DNA of 64,000 nucleotides from positions 62,001 through 126,000 of the forward strand of contig NW_021832380.1 in assembly GCF_006345805.1 (NCBI RefSeq). The letters are read 5' to 3'. Position 1 is the first letter of the stretch. Each line of letters starts with the position of its first letter. The stretch comes from Octopus sinensis (Eukaryota). Positions 35,709-49,780 of the stretch are shown here, in pieces. The position numbers and the translations under genes were made by a program. The notes under the pieces were generated by a model, which was not told where the DNA came from, did not search any database, and saw nothing but the letters and a program-made list of their open reading frames with translations.

Positions 35709-36187
35709 ACAGTGCCAGTGCCAGAGAAGAAGGGGAGGAGGTGAGTGAAGTGCCACCCTTTGCTCACTCCGAAGGCTCTGGACTTAGTTAGAAAAATGAA
35801 TTAGTTAATTAGTTTCTTTTTATATTATTAAAAGCAATCCAGAATAATGAAGATGTATTTATTTCCTGAATTCAATTTGACATGAATGAATATTTAATAA
35901 ACTGTCCAAAAAAATCTGAGTTCTTAAACTAATGTCTTAAACACCCAATGAATATAATTAAACAGAGGTCCCCTCATTGACCTAAAATCAAAAATTAAAT
36001 AAAAATCAAAGAAAGACGACTATAAAAATTTCTCTGAAAGCTGACAACAATTTAAGACTCGAATGACGTCACTGATTGCCTGGTGACGGAGGTTTGATTA
36101 TAACAGAATTATTAAAGACAACAAAAAATAAAAATTATTAAATTAGTCAAAATTAATTATTCAAACTATTTAAATTTTATTATTAAA

Positions 36188-37300
36188 TTACAAATTAATT
36201 TGTCCCGGATGTTCGATGAGTTTGTTGAACATTCTGTCCTTGTTATGAACTATACTAAAGTGTTGTTCGAGGCCGCTCTGAGCAATGTTGGAGTATTTCA
36301 GTTTTCTTCGGAGGTCCATTACCTGAGGAGTTGACTAGGCCAATTTACCTCATATTTTAGCTTCTTGTTTTCCAGAAGAATTTGATCGTAGGATTGGCCG
36401 TTTCCAAAGGAATGCTTCCGTATCATTCCACTGCAACAAGAGCTACAATTTAAATATTTTATCCTACAATAAAATATAAGTTTGGTGGAAATTAATTTTG
36501 AGTTTACTTATTAATCCTCTTTAAGTAGCAAAATATTTAATTCTCATGTCAAAGTTTATATTATTTCTTTCTGTAAGAGAAAAATCGGACACGATTTAAT
36601 TGGTCAACCTAACTTTTATAAAAAGCTGGCTTACACATACTAATGTAATTTCCTCCTGAGTGAGACCATTTATGCTAGGTTAGGCAATTCTGTTGGTGGC
36701 ATATTTGAGGAACTGAGTTATGTTCCAAATAAAAATGAGCATTGCAAGAAAGCAGATCACATTGTTCAGTGAAAGTACAATTTCAGGAATTAAAGTCAAC
36801 TTATGAGGAATGTTGTTTGTGTGTTGAATTGAACTTTTATTCGTATTTTAAACTATTGACAGAACCGGTTATGTGAGAAACTCAAAGGCAGTTTCAAGAC
36901 CGATTTGAAGAGACGTTGAATTGACTTTGAGTGACTCTCCAACTGAGAAAGGAAAATTGGAGAATTTCCAGAAATGATGGGAATTAAAATTCAATAACAA
37001 GTTGATTTAAATGTCGGATATTTCCTGAATATTCTGAATCATAACTATCGACATATATTACTCATCGCTGACATGGCAGCCCATCTTTTTGTTAATTGAT
37101 TCCAATAATTATCTCCCACATGAATAAGTATTCCCTCGACGAGTAGATTTGCTAATTCGAGAACACCCAAAGTGCCATCCAACCACCACCTGGCTGTAAA
37201 AACTGTCTTCAATCGATCACTGAATCTTAGAAGACAGTGAATTGACACAACCCTCCCAACACAACCTCCACAAATATCAGTGCCTGTTACGTAATACTGC
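36188..37300 (-). CDS. Putative spliced gene of unknown function (hydrophobic segments plus C-terminal coiled coil)
   Basis: The last exons join through a clean 26-nt GT-AG intron: ..YDQILLENKKLKYE|VMDLRRKLKYSNIAQ..HPGQINL*. Upstream hydrophobic stretches (NVICFLAMLIFIWNI). The full structure was not resolved. Confidence 0.3.
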
Positions 37301-37465
37301 ATTTCGGACAAAATCGGGGATTTAATTAATGACTAAACAACACTTTATTTGTAAAATTGAATTTCCCGCTGAGGTTTAAAGGGGCTGAAGCAGCTGATTG
37401 CAATCAAATTGATTTGACAATTCTCGATTAGTAAAGGCGGGAATGCCGCTTTGAGCAAACTTGAG

Positions 37466-39877
37466 ATGCATTGGTGGCTGATTTGTCTCCCCAATTTGAT
37501 ATATTCCAAAAAATTCGAGGTTATTGAAGAGAGTGGAATTGGATTCGTAGTCGGTGACCTCAAAGACTGGACAGTAGACGACTTGGCTAACACGGCCGTT
37601 GTCCTGACTCGTTCATATGCGGAAAAGGGAGAAAGACTATTCGCGGATATGCTTAACATTGATGCTCGTTCAGGCCTAATCACTACGACAAAGAATTTCG
37701 ACCGCGAAGAGATTTGTCCGTCGACCACTCCATGCGAACTCGACATGCAAATATACATATTCCACGGAGACTCTGTCAGTTCCACATTCGAGGCAAAACT
37801 GTTAATTCGGGACATCAACGACCACGCCCCTCAATTCGAACACGCCGTTTACGAAATGGAGGTCGGTCAATGACATAACTCGGCAGGTATTTGAAAACAG
37901 TCCTCCGGGAGCAACGTTTCATCTCCCTGAGGCAGTCGATGCAGATGAACAATTCGGAGTGGATTACTACTCGCTTGAGGCAAACAAATATTTCACAATC
38001 AAAACAGAAAACAATTCCAAGGTCGTTTTAGTCAGTCTTGAGCCACTTGACAGAGAAAAAGTAAACCATTTCTGCATTTTTAGGTGGACAAGATCTCCCT
38101 CATGTTGACAGCGGTGGATAGAGGATCTCCTCCACTAAACGGGAGTATTACGTTGGTGATAAACGTGTTGGACGAAAATGACAACAAACCGACCTTTCCT
38201 ACCCAAAACTATTCTTTCTTTGTCGATCAACAGGAATTGGCAAAAACAAACGAAAAAATATACGTCGGGACATTGGAAGCATGGGATGTAGACATTGACA
38301 GCAAAATTAGATATTCGTTGGATGAGAGTACTCCATGGTACTACGCAGACCATTTCCAAATAGACGAGGTCAATTCTATTCATAATTTGCAGGAACGTGG
38401 AGATTTGTTTCTGATCAAGTCGAGACAGGTGAAGGAAAACCCCCTCAGGACTTACAAACTGACGGTGATTGCCTCCAATGTCCTCGGGTCGGACGAAATG
38501 AGGAGCACTACCTCAGTGAATGTCAACTTCCCTGTGAAAGACAAACGCCTTATTCTGCTGCTTAGACATAAAATACTGAACATTCAAGAAAATCAACAAC
38601 ACGGACAAGAAGTGGCCGAATTGGCAGTGTTCTCCCCTGATTCCCTCAACCCCGGGTTCGCTGACTGTGGGGTGGACAGTCCCTATTTCCGACTGATCTA
38701 CGCTTCCAAAGCGGGACAGTTCATTGTACTGACCAATCAGATATTCGACTATGAACAGACTAGTCGAGTTGTCGCCACCATTACTTGCAAATACGACGGT
38801 CTATCAGCCCAAACCAAGTTTACTGTCGACGTGATCAACGTCAATGATAATATCCCCAAGTTCAGGAGAAATACATATTTTGTCAATTCAACCGAAAATT
38901 CAGGAGTTGGGCAATACATGCTCACAGTGGTGGCCGACGATGCCGACCCCGACAGTCGTGTGTCCTATTCCCTCGACAGAACAGACATTTTGGCAATTGG
39001 ACGAGAAAGTGGGGAAATATACTCAAAGATTAACTTTGACTACGAACTGCAGTCGACTTATTATGTAAAACTGTTTGCCACTGACAATGGCTCACCTCCA
39101 CTCACGGGGACGGCTTGTTGGTCGTGCAAATTATGGACATCAACGACCATGCCCCTGCTTTTGTGAACGAAAAATACAAATTCGAAATAAACCGTTACAA
39201 TTCGACAGTCGGGCAGGTGAAGGCCACAGACCTCGATTCCTATCCCAACAACGTGCTCAAGTACACCATCAAAAACAATCGTCGTGTGGCCAGTTATTTC
39301 AAGATAAACCACACAAGTGGCCTCATTCACTACAATATATCCTATTTCGATAGTCTCTTCTCCTTGACTGAGTTGGAAGTGGTGGTCAGTGATGTCGGGC
39401 ATTTGTATTCAACCACTAATGTGACAATCTACAAAGTGGTGACTGAATGTGGGGACTCGACTCTCAACTGCACGCCAACCACCACTCCAAAATTACTCAA
39501 CTCGTCATTGATAACTCCGACTGGAATTGTGATTTGTGTGATTGGGACGGTCATTTTGCTGACCACAGTGATCATATTCCTCAAAAAACCCCACCTCAAG
39601 ACGATCATTTATTTCCGCAGAAACAAGGAAAATGACCCCAAGTTTTGCAGGGCACATTCCAACGGGCTAATCAGAATGAAAACATTTGAACTGGACAATC
39701 CAATGGAAAGTGTTCGCAGTAGTAACACGCACTCCAACGGCAATTCAGTAATGAGAAATTGCAATCGTTCACTGAAAAACATTTTGTATGACGTGGAGCC
39801 GACCGGTGAGTACTAATTAGTCATTCATAGATTTGAGGGAAGCCAGATTCGTCGGATTTCGAAAGAGTGATTTGTAA
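37466..39877 (+). CDS. Protocadherin-like single-pass membrane protein
   Basis: Signal-like N-terminus and cadherin repeats (DREE, DINDHAPQF, AVDAD, LDRE, AVDRGSPPL, DENDNKP.F, NVNDNIPKF, FDYE, ATDNGSPPL), then a TM segment (GIVICVIGTVILLTTVIIF). One apparent 1-nt frameshift at about 39105. Confidence 0.87.
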
Positions 39878-39971
39878 CCCAACAAATTTGATTATATATA
39901 ATTATATTTGTCAGTCTTACCCAACTAGGACAACAAACAAAATAATATATGTTAGTACCGTCATCTACGAA

Positions 39972-41464
39972 TCAGTGATTAGAACATTGCGGAAGACTAT
40001 TCCGAGACACAAAGGCAACCCCCGCCAAGTTCATTCTGCAAACAGAACAGCGGAAACATTCAGTGTGCCACGTCTGTCCGCCCAACGCCTCCACTTGGAT
40101 GTACCTATCCCCCGGGTCAATCCTGAGGCGGCAGTCTGCACACGACTTGGCGTAGATATACTCCCAATCTGCTCTCGTCTCCAAAAAGAGTACCCTTCGT
40201 GCAGAATATTGAGTTTTCATAAAAGTGGAATCTCCCATCGGAAATTGTCTCATTGCAGTGACAGCAACGGAAGCACTGAGTGTGCCACCGCTTACCCAGG
40301 GCAGCTATAGACTCCTGGCATGAATCCCCACACTACCTCGACAATTCCTTCCCCACACTGTTCACAGCGAGGGGCGTAGTACTGCGCGTAGTGTTCCCGA
40401 CAGTACAATTTGTCTTGATGCACTGAGAATGCCGTGTCCACCAGGGATACTCCACAATTGGAGACCGCACACGTAAAGTGATCACGACAGTAAGTCTTCT
40501 CCAATGCAGTCACGTATGGTCCTCTAACTGTTAGCCATTCTGGGGTACCGAATCAGATTCTTGCAAACATCGCAAATGGGTGTTTTCGATGGCTTCTTTC
40601 CTTCCTCTTTGCTTAAACGTATCGCTGAAATTTGATCACACACATTCTGTGCCTCTGTCTTCTTGCTTGAGTCACCAGAAGAGGATTTTGCCGAACCGGA
40701 ACATAAATTAGCTGACCCAAAAGCAGGATTTGATGACCCAAATGACGGTTTTGATGACCCAGAAGAAGGCTTGGGTGACACATAAGGAACATTTGAATGC
40801 TCAGAGGAATCCTTGGGTGAAACATAAGGAACATAGGAAGTCTTGGGTGACACATAAGGAGCATTTGAAGGCCCAGAAGAAGTCTTGGGTGACACATAAG
40901 GAGCATTTGAAGGACCAGAAGAAGTCTTGGGTGACACATAAGGAGCATTTGAAGGACCAGAAGAAAGTTTGGGTGACACATAAGGAGTATTTGAAGGCCC
41001 AGAGGAAGTCTTGGGTGACCCAGAAAGTGTTTTGGGTGACTGAAAAAAGACGGGCGTTTTTGAGGTTGAAGGAATACGACGTTCAGTCTTTTAGCCATAT
41101 AATGAATATCTCACCGTTTCATGGTATTTGGTAGATTCTGGTGTTTTCGGGATGAATGTAGTGCCGGAAACCACAGGGGACTCTCGTGCTCTGAGGAACT
41201 TAGAACACTCAACAACCTGCTTATCTTTAAAGTTAAAGTCTCCTGTGATGAAGAAATAATGTTTCTTGCCTCGTCATGAGTCATATTTTGTGTATCGATA
41301 TTGTTGATGCTTTCGATGATGTCACCAGTGACAAGTCCACACACATTTGCGACTCCACTCGAAACGACGTTGATGACACTAATAGGATAGCCCTGTTCGT
41401 GTCCCCCGTGCATTCGAAAACCCCAAGGAATTGATTTATTAGTTCTGGTTAGTTCAATTATCAT
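39972..41464 (-). CDS. PDZ-LIM domain protein (ZASP/Enigma-like, N-terminal PDZ plus three C-terminal LIM domains)
   Basis: PWGFRMHGG PDZ loop. LIM motifs CDVCKNLI, HFTCAVSNCG..LYCREHYAQYYAPRCEQC, CADCRLRI..WHTECFRCSVC. A Ser/Pro repeat linker separates them. Confidence 0.86.
40700..41040. repeat. Coding minisatellite, 42-bp (and 21-bp) units within the PDZ-LIM linker
   Basis: TTGGGTGA starts at 40771, 40813, 40843, 40885, 40927, 40969, 41011 and 41032 (spacings 42, 30, 42, 42, 42, 42, 21). Encodes PSNAPYVSPKTSSG on the minus strand. Confidence 0.92.
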
Positions 41465-41562
41465 AAGAATGTGTGACCACCACAATGATTGTGTATACTA
41501 TTTTTTTATATAAATTTATCCAATAATTTATGTTTTTTAAAATCGATCAAATAAACTTATAA

Positions 41563-42928
<1,366 letters not shown>

Positions 42929-43478
42929 TATAATGTTAACGCATAAAAAGACTAATTAATTATTGAATATGAACTTTTGAAATGTTAAAAACACTCCTTT
43001 TCTTGAGCTTTCTAAACCTCTGAGATATTGCTCAAAAAAGGGGATCCTGACAAAGTAATTGCAGTTCACTTTGGGGTCACATTGGGGGTTTAATTAGCTG
43101 GTTTTGATTACTCAACAGTCTGACGGCGCAATCATTCAGGCAAGTTAAAAGCGAGTCAAGTGGCTGCATTTTCTTGAATAAAACATCGTCCTAAAGTGCT
43201 GAAAATAAAGAAAACTGACAAAGTAGTCCTAGTTTTTTTTGATACTGTCAGGCTCACTAGTCCAGGCTAGATTGAACTTGGACATTCAAAGCCACTGAAC
43301 TGCTTATATAGTGAACTGATCTGTCAATGAATAAAAAAAAATTTTGTAAATCACATAGAAGTAACGAGGATAAGATTATGTTATAAATATATAAATAATA
43401 CAAAGTTTTATAGATTAAAAAGAACGAATTGAGCTGAGTGTCGTAGAGTGGACTAAGTGACTAGTAAAGGAGGTGTCC

Positions 43479-46082
43479 ATGCCTGACAATTTCAAAAATA
43501 ACAAAAAAGGACGCTTCCTCGATCTAAATGAAGTGGCCAGTAACTACGTGGCCAAATATGGGAAATCAATGTTCTCCAACCGAATAAAAAGTGCCAGCTG
43601 CAGCGGGGAAGAGACCTGTCGTTCCAAAACAACTTCCCCCGTCCGAATATCCTCAAATTCCCCAGTCCAAGAATGGTTTCAAATGGCTACGACTGTTTCC
43701 ACCACTCCCCCGACTGCCCCAACTGACCAAGTGGGTGGATTGGACCAAGCAAACCCTCAAATAACCATGGACCAGCTCTACACATCCCTCACAGTCGAGG
43801 AGGATGACAAACCAGAAGACAAAATTGTGGCCATTTCTCCTACAGGCTCATTTGTCAAGTTTGCCTCCGAGTTGGGGTCGGGGTCCTTCAAGACGGTCTA
43901 CCGGGGACTGGACACGGAGACGGGGGCTGCGGTGGCGTGGTGTGAACTGAAGGTTGACCCCCCTGAGGACTTGATAGAACACTAAATTGGGCAAAATTGA
44001 CAGGAAGCGGTTCAAGGAGGAGATTGAGTTGTTGAAAGGACTTCACAACCCAAACATTGTGCGATTCTACGACTTTTGGGAGACCAAGACGACAAAGGGA
44101 ATTGAACTTATTTTGGTGACTGAATTGATGACTTCGGGGACCCTCAAAACGTAGATTGAGTTGTCGATTGTAGATATATCAAACGATTCAAAAAAGTAAA
44201 GCCTCGAGTGCTGAATCGGTGGTGTCTTCAAATATTGAAGGGACTCAACTTCCTCCACACACTCAAACAGCCCATAATTCACCGGGATTTGAAATGCGAC
44301 AACATTTTCATAACTGGCCCCACAGGGTCGGTCAAAATCGGGGACTTGGGACTGGCGACCTTCCGAGATGGGGCATTTGCCAAGAGTGTGATTGGTTGGT
44401 GGGGAAATGTCAGTTCAGGCACTCCCGAGTTTATGGCCCCCGAGATGTACGCGGAGTGCTACGATGAGGCAGTGGACATTTACGCCTTCGGAATGTGCAT
44501 GTTGGAGATGGTCACGTCTGAGTACCCCTACAACGAGTGTAATTCTGCTGCTAAAATATACATGAAAGTAACTGGGGTCAGTCTGGGTGTCGATTGGTAG
44601 GGAATTCCCCCGGAAAGTCTGAATAAAGTACATGATGACTCGCTTAAGAACATTCTGGCCAGTTGCATTGCCTACGACAAGAAGTATCGGTAATATTTTG
44701 GTGGCAGTGCAGATACACTGCTGATGAGTTGCTGAGGATGAACGTGTTCAGTGAGGATATGAGTTCCCTCAACGTGGATGTGATCGGGCCAGGGATGGAC
44801 GACAACGGGGACTCGATAACCCTCAGAATATCGGCTGCTGACCTGACCAAGTCATGTGATCTGCTCATTAAGGACAAAGTGGGAATCTACCTCAACTACA
44901 ACCTGAAGGAAGACACGGCTTTCTCAGTGGCTGAGGAAATGGTATTGTTTTGGGTGACCGCAGGCCAATTCCAAATTCATAAGCAGTGAGAACACGAGTG
45001 CCATTGCCAAACACATTCTCATCAATGTTCATAGATATGTCGAGGAGTCCAGGAAACAGCACGAGAAGGCAGTCGTGTCCTCAGATTTAGTCGAGTTGTT
45101 TTTGACTGTTCAATAAAGACCCGTGGAGAGTGAGGTGAGGGAGCAGACTGAGAGTATTCAGCCCAATGGGGAGGAATCAGTCGAGAACGAGAGGAGTATA
45201 TCCCTCGAATTGGTGGAGAAGACGAACAACGACATAAAAGTCAAGTTCACCAACACCAAGGGAGATGCAGTCACGTTTATATTTGACTGTGCCAAGGAGT
45301 CTATCCCCGACATAATTTCCAACTTGGTCCTCCCTTCTTCTCATTTTAGGCCGACGAGAAGTATTTGGCCGATCACGAGTCGGACCAATTAGTTGAATTG
45401 CTTGAGAAATTGGTGGATAAAGTGTCAATTACTGGCAATGTGAGTGAGATGTGTTTATTTGTTGGACCCCGATCACGAGTCGAATAACCGGATTGAGGAG
45501 GAGGACGTCTCGTGTGCGCATGGGGAATATGTGAGTGAGAAGGCCTCGTCGAGCAAGGAGGGTGCGCCAGTCAACACACACGACTCGCTTGTCTCTTGTT
45601 TAGATAAGACTGAAATAGGTTGTGTCCATTCTAACTCTCAAGAGTCCGCAACTCGGGAGAAGCCTCAGAACTCGTTGGCTCGATTGAAGGAAGAATTGAA
45701 CAAGACATTCAATCCTCCCGAGTTTGTGCCACCAAACTCCCAAAAGACTGACAAACATGAGGAGGAAGTGCACGTTCGAGACAACGATGTCATGTCTTGT
45801 CACTAATTTAAGGAGACACAGCGATTTGGACGATTTGACGTGTCCAACGTACCTTCCGAGTGCAGTGCCACAGAATTGTCTGTCCTCCCTCCCATGACGC
45901 CCCTCACCACAAGGGGTAGTGAAATGGAGCAGATTATTGCCAGGGAACATCAGGCAATGCTGGAAAGGTAGTCTAAACTTCTGCATCTTAGACACTCGGA
46001 AGAATTGGAGGGATTGAAGATTCGACACTCGCGAGAGACAAAACAGTTCTTTGAGCGTCATTCGAAATACAGACATGCATAA
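43479..46082 (+). CDS. WNK: WNK-family serine/threonine kinase, multi-exon
   Basis: GSGSFKTVY (catalytic Lys in subdomain I), [59 protein letters not shown]-terminal RFDV (RFxV) motif and coiled coil. Confidence 0.93.
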
Positions 46083-46118
46083 TCAGTGACTAATCAAATA
46101 TTTATTATCCAAAAACTG

Positions 46119-47518
46119 TTACTGCCCTCCCCTACTGGGAATATTAGACATATAACTAAGATGTTTACGATTAACTCAACCTCCGACTAGACTTCCAATC
46201 GGATCTAAATATTAGTTTACATACTCACCCTCGAAGTGAGCTATTCAAAGTCGCCGATCTAAACTATTAAATCCCCAATCACCCTCTCTCGGGAATACTG
46301 TTGCTATTTGTGAAGGAAGTGTCCGATCTATAATATTAAATGCCACTTCACCCTCTCTCGGGAATTCTAAAGGAAGTGTCCGATCTATAATATTAAATTC
46401 CAATTCACCCTCTCTCGGGAATTCTGAAGGAAGTGTCCGATCTATAATATCAAGTGCCCCCTCACCCTCGCATGGGAAAGTTCTTTCCAAATGAACTGCC
46501 GGAACTACAATAATACTGCAAAGTCACCCTCTGTCAGGGAAGGATGAGGCCGATCTACTATATTAATTATTAAACTACCCTCGCTGGGGAATATTTCACT
46601 CTTTGAGAAGGCCGAACTAGAATGTACATAGAGAACTCACCCTCTGACTGGCACACCCTCGTTCTTGGAGAAGGACGTGTCGTGTCTACACTCATGTCCC
46701 AACACTACCCTCTCCTTGGAATCAGTTCCTCCAAAGTCCGTGACTTTCCCCGTGCAAACACTGCATTGCTGTCCCCGTAGTACGCGTCCTTCGATATCTC
46801 GAATTGCTGTCCCCGCTTAAACTCCAATGTGCTGCCCTCAGACAACCCAACTAGTCATAACATTCCCTCACATACATCTGCTAGACGATTCTCGACCAAA
46901 CCCTTTCATTTTGGGCAGTTCGGGGGTGGCTGGAATGTCACACAACACTACCCTCAGGCTGAGAGAATCGGGCTGCTGCAAAATCAAGTTCCACCGCATC
47001 ATCGTCTTTGAATCTGCTCTTTGTCCGGTCTAAATAGTGAATTGATCGTACTTTTTGGTTCCTGCACCAACTCCTTCGAACAGGGGGCTGTGTTGTGAGG
47101 AGGGGGGCATACCACTCAAATCCATAAGGGAGATGGTCACAGATCGGTTGTGTAGGAGTTCTCCGTTTAATTGGAGGACTGAGATCAGGTCCTGTCTGGA
47201 TGTAAGCTCGACCTTCCCCATTCCATTCCAGGACTCGAAAAATGTGAATTTGATTCCACTAAACAGTTTCTTTAGGTCCTCTTCTGTGGAATTGAAAGGC
47301 AGGTTTTTGAGATGTGCGATGAAAGGGCCAGTCTGGGGGATTTTTTCTTCGTCTATTCCGTCGTGGTAGAACGAGCTCGGGGCGGAGGGGAGAACTACGT
47401 TTGGCTGTTTTACTTCTCCTCCAAACTCTTCGACTAAATCGTAAAATTGGATTGTTTTCTTGGCTTTATTTTTATGTCCTATTATGTTTATAAAAATTGA
47501 TTTATCACCACGTCCCAT
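46119..47518 (-). CDS. EIF4B: Eukaryotic translation initiation factor 4B-like, with a micro-exon-encoded C-terminal repeat region
   Basis: KNKAKKTI..F, VLPSAP..ID..KIPQTGPFIAHLKNLPFNSTEEDL.. RRM matches the eIF4B N-terminus. Spliced continuation through ten 23-25 nt introns to ..GSDWKSSRSYMSNIPSRGGQ*. Confidence 0.8.
46156..46735 (-). repeat. Tandem exon+intron array (core 57-bp unit = 33-nt exon + 24-nt intron)
   Basis: Minus-strand units GAGG|GT...AG|(A/T)TC recur ten times. Two adjacent units are nearly identical (ATCGGACACTTCCTT(C/T)AGAATTCCCGAGAGAGG). Confidence 0.88.
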
Positions 47519-47629
47519 TACTATCCAGATGTACTATTATTTATTATGTAATTAAATTTTACTTAAATTAAATAGTATTACTTTTATTTTTAAACTTAAT
47601 TAATTCATTAAATTAAAACATGTAATTTG

Positions 47630-47850
47630 TTACTTCCTATTTCTTTGTCCAAGGGAAGTATGTTGTAGTAGGAGTAGAGGTATTTTTTGAGATGTGCTTT
47701 GGCCTGGAATATTCATAAGATGTATCTGAGCTCCATTCTGTAGTTTTAGACTGTCTATTTCACGCATAGTGAGTCCCCAGGTAGAGGAGTTGTACAGTAA
47801 AACTGGCTTTACAAACATATTGTATACACTCAACCCTCTCAAATTGGCCA
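47630..47850 (-). mobile_element. RTE-like LINE C-terminal fragment
   Basis: VYNMFVKPVLLYNSSTWGLT resembles the RTE Y...V.P.LLYG.ETW motif. Confidence 0.45.
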
Positions 47851-48559
47851 TTTTTAGTTCCTTTAATTTTGTTGGCCAATTAAAGAATAAAATCGATAAT
47901 TTTTCAAAGAAACTACTTTAATTTATCTTTAGTTAGCATAATTTTTTTTAATTTAAAGAAAATAAAAAAATCTTAATTTTTTAAAGTAAAATTTGATTCC
48001 AATTTGTTTTTTTAGATATCAGTATATTTTCTTTGTAACGTCTTATAGATGAGATTAGTAAGACATCATTCTTGTTTTCAATGTTTTTTAATAAATCTTC
48101 TTCAATTGTAGTTAACCTGACCACAATGTCATTTTTGTCAATTTCTTCCTCATGATTTATATTTTCATCATTTTCATCTTTAATGTTTCCGCCATTATCC
48201 ATCTCTTTTATTTTATCATTTTCTGCATATTCATATGCAAGAAATTCTTCAATATCCAACGAATCAAAAATATCTGTCCTTTCTATTGGTATACTATCTT
48301 CTGAATTATTTTTTATGTTATCATTATCTAGTTAAATATGCAAGTTTGTCGCTATCTAGTTAAATATGTTACTTTTCAGTTTTTGGACCGAGAGCACCCG
48401 ACGTTTCCGCCGCGATCGGCACCACGGAAAATTCCTCCGATAGGGCAGAATATTTTGATAGCTTTAAGGAGTTAATTAACTCCACAAAATCAGTTTTTTC
48501 GTAATCTAATGTATTTGGCTGCAATTTCCATTTCGGCCAAATCATATGGCGGAAAATAC

Positions 48560-49107
48560 AATGTCTTGGTCTTGTGGGAGCCTACAAAGACGTTTCATCG
48601 TGGGAACGAAAATTATTGAGGAAATGCTACCATTTAGCTCTCATCCCTGTGGAAAATGTTTTATTGGAATTTGAAAAATTTTCTCTTGATGCGACAGGAA
48701 AAGAAAACAACCAACAAATAATGAATTTTTTGATTTATTTTAAACAACAATTTATTGCTGACCCATCTTATGACGTCAGTTTTTGGAGTTGTTTTCATCG
48801 GGTATTAAAGTCAATGCCCAGGACGACCAATTCATTGGAAGGTTAGCATAAGCTGTTGAACAGTTCTTTTAACAGAGCGCATCCAAATTTGGCAGCTTTT
48901 GTCAATGTTTTGGCCATGAAAGAACAAAGACTTTTTGTGAAAATGACACAAATTAAGTCAGGAAGGTATCTTGAAGTGTCTGCGACAGACTGCAAAAAGG
49001 AACTTGAACTGAAAATAGCATGTGAAAATTTTCATGAATTTGAAGTAGATTGCTATTTTAAGCTAATTGCTGGTTTGATTTGCTTTAAAGTTCAGAATAA
49101 AAAGTAA
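48560..49107 (+). mobile_element. Mutator-like (MULE) transposase C-terminal remnant
   Basis: LALIPVENV..F, FLIYFKQQF, FWSCF..PRTTNSLEG*H..LN....AHPNL are typical MULE motifs. Confidence 0.72.
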
Positions 49108-49489
49108 TTGTTTTAAAATTTTATTTTATTTACCCTTAAAATATTTTTCTTTGTAGACGAGTTGTCGCTCAACGGTCAGGAATTTGTTTACCGCGTAACC
49201 ATACGTTGTTTAGTTTTCTGAGAGTGAAAGCTGGTAGTGATTTTTTTCTTAGTATGTCTTCTGTATCTCCTAAGAGATTGCCAGGTTTCTTTTCATGTCT
49301 CCATTCTTCATTTTTCGCTGTTTTTGTTGCCTAACTATAGTATTTTCGGTTTTTTCTGCGTTAATTTTTAGTTCTTCCAGATATATGAGCCCTAGATAAT
49401 GCAGAGAGTGGGATCTATAGAACACGTCGCTGAGGAAGTGACCTAACGAAAATGCAAGCTTCTTTATTATTATTATTATTTAAAGACCA

Positions 49490-49720
49490 ATACGGGCAAG
49501 CCGGTTAATTATAGTTAATCCCGTGATCGCCGATCCAAACGAGGGAGATCCTTCTGAAAGGTTCAATCCTTCCCGCAAGATCGGCCTGAAACGACGATGT
49601 CCCAGGGTCTGAGAAGCTAAGAGTCCTTTTTCGGAAGGCATTAAGTGCCTCCTGAGCGTTGCCATATCCGAAGGAATTTCCAACTGACATGGTGGACCCC
49701 GTAACGCCACGCTAAGCCCG
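49490..49720 (-). repeat. Second copy of the uncharacterised dispersed repeat (see 17170-17390)
   Basis: Nucleotide blocks align with 17170-17390 in the opposite orientation. Confidence 0.6.
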
Positions 49721-49780
49721 GAAGGTAAGAGAGTAATGTAAGGCGATTTTAAATTAATAAATGAATTCAATAACCGACTT

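Noticed and set aside
40613-41134. Long alternative-frame and antisense ORFs (161 aa minus, 134 aa plus)
   Set aside because: These are by-products of the stop-poor 42-bp coding repeat of the PDZ-LIM gene.
46200-46735. CRISPR-like array (conserved CACCCTC..CCGATCTA blocks with variable spacers)
   Set aside because: The repeats resolve into GT-AG introns and in-frame exons of eIF4B on the minus strand. The context is eukaryotic and there are no cas genes.
47930-48310. Acidic low-complexity ORF (DIEEFLAYE..) as a host gene
   Set aside because: It is AT-rich with no upstream exons and is more consistent with a decayed Tigger C-terminus. Too weak to annotate either way.
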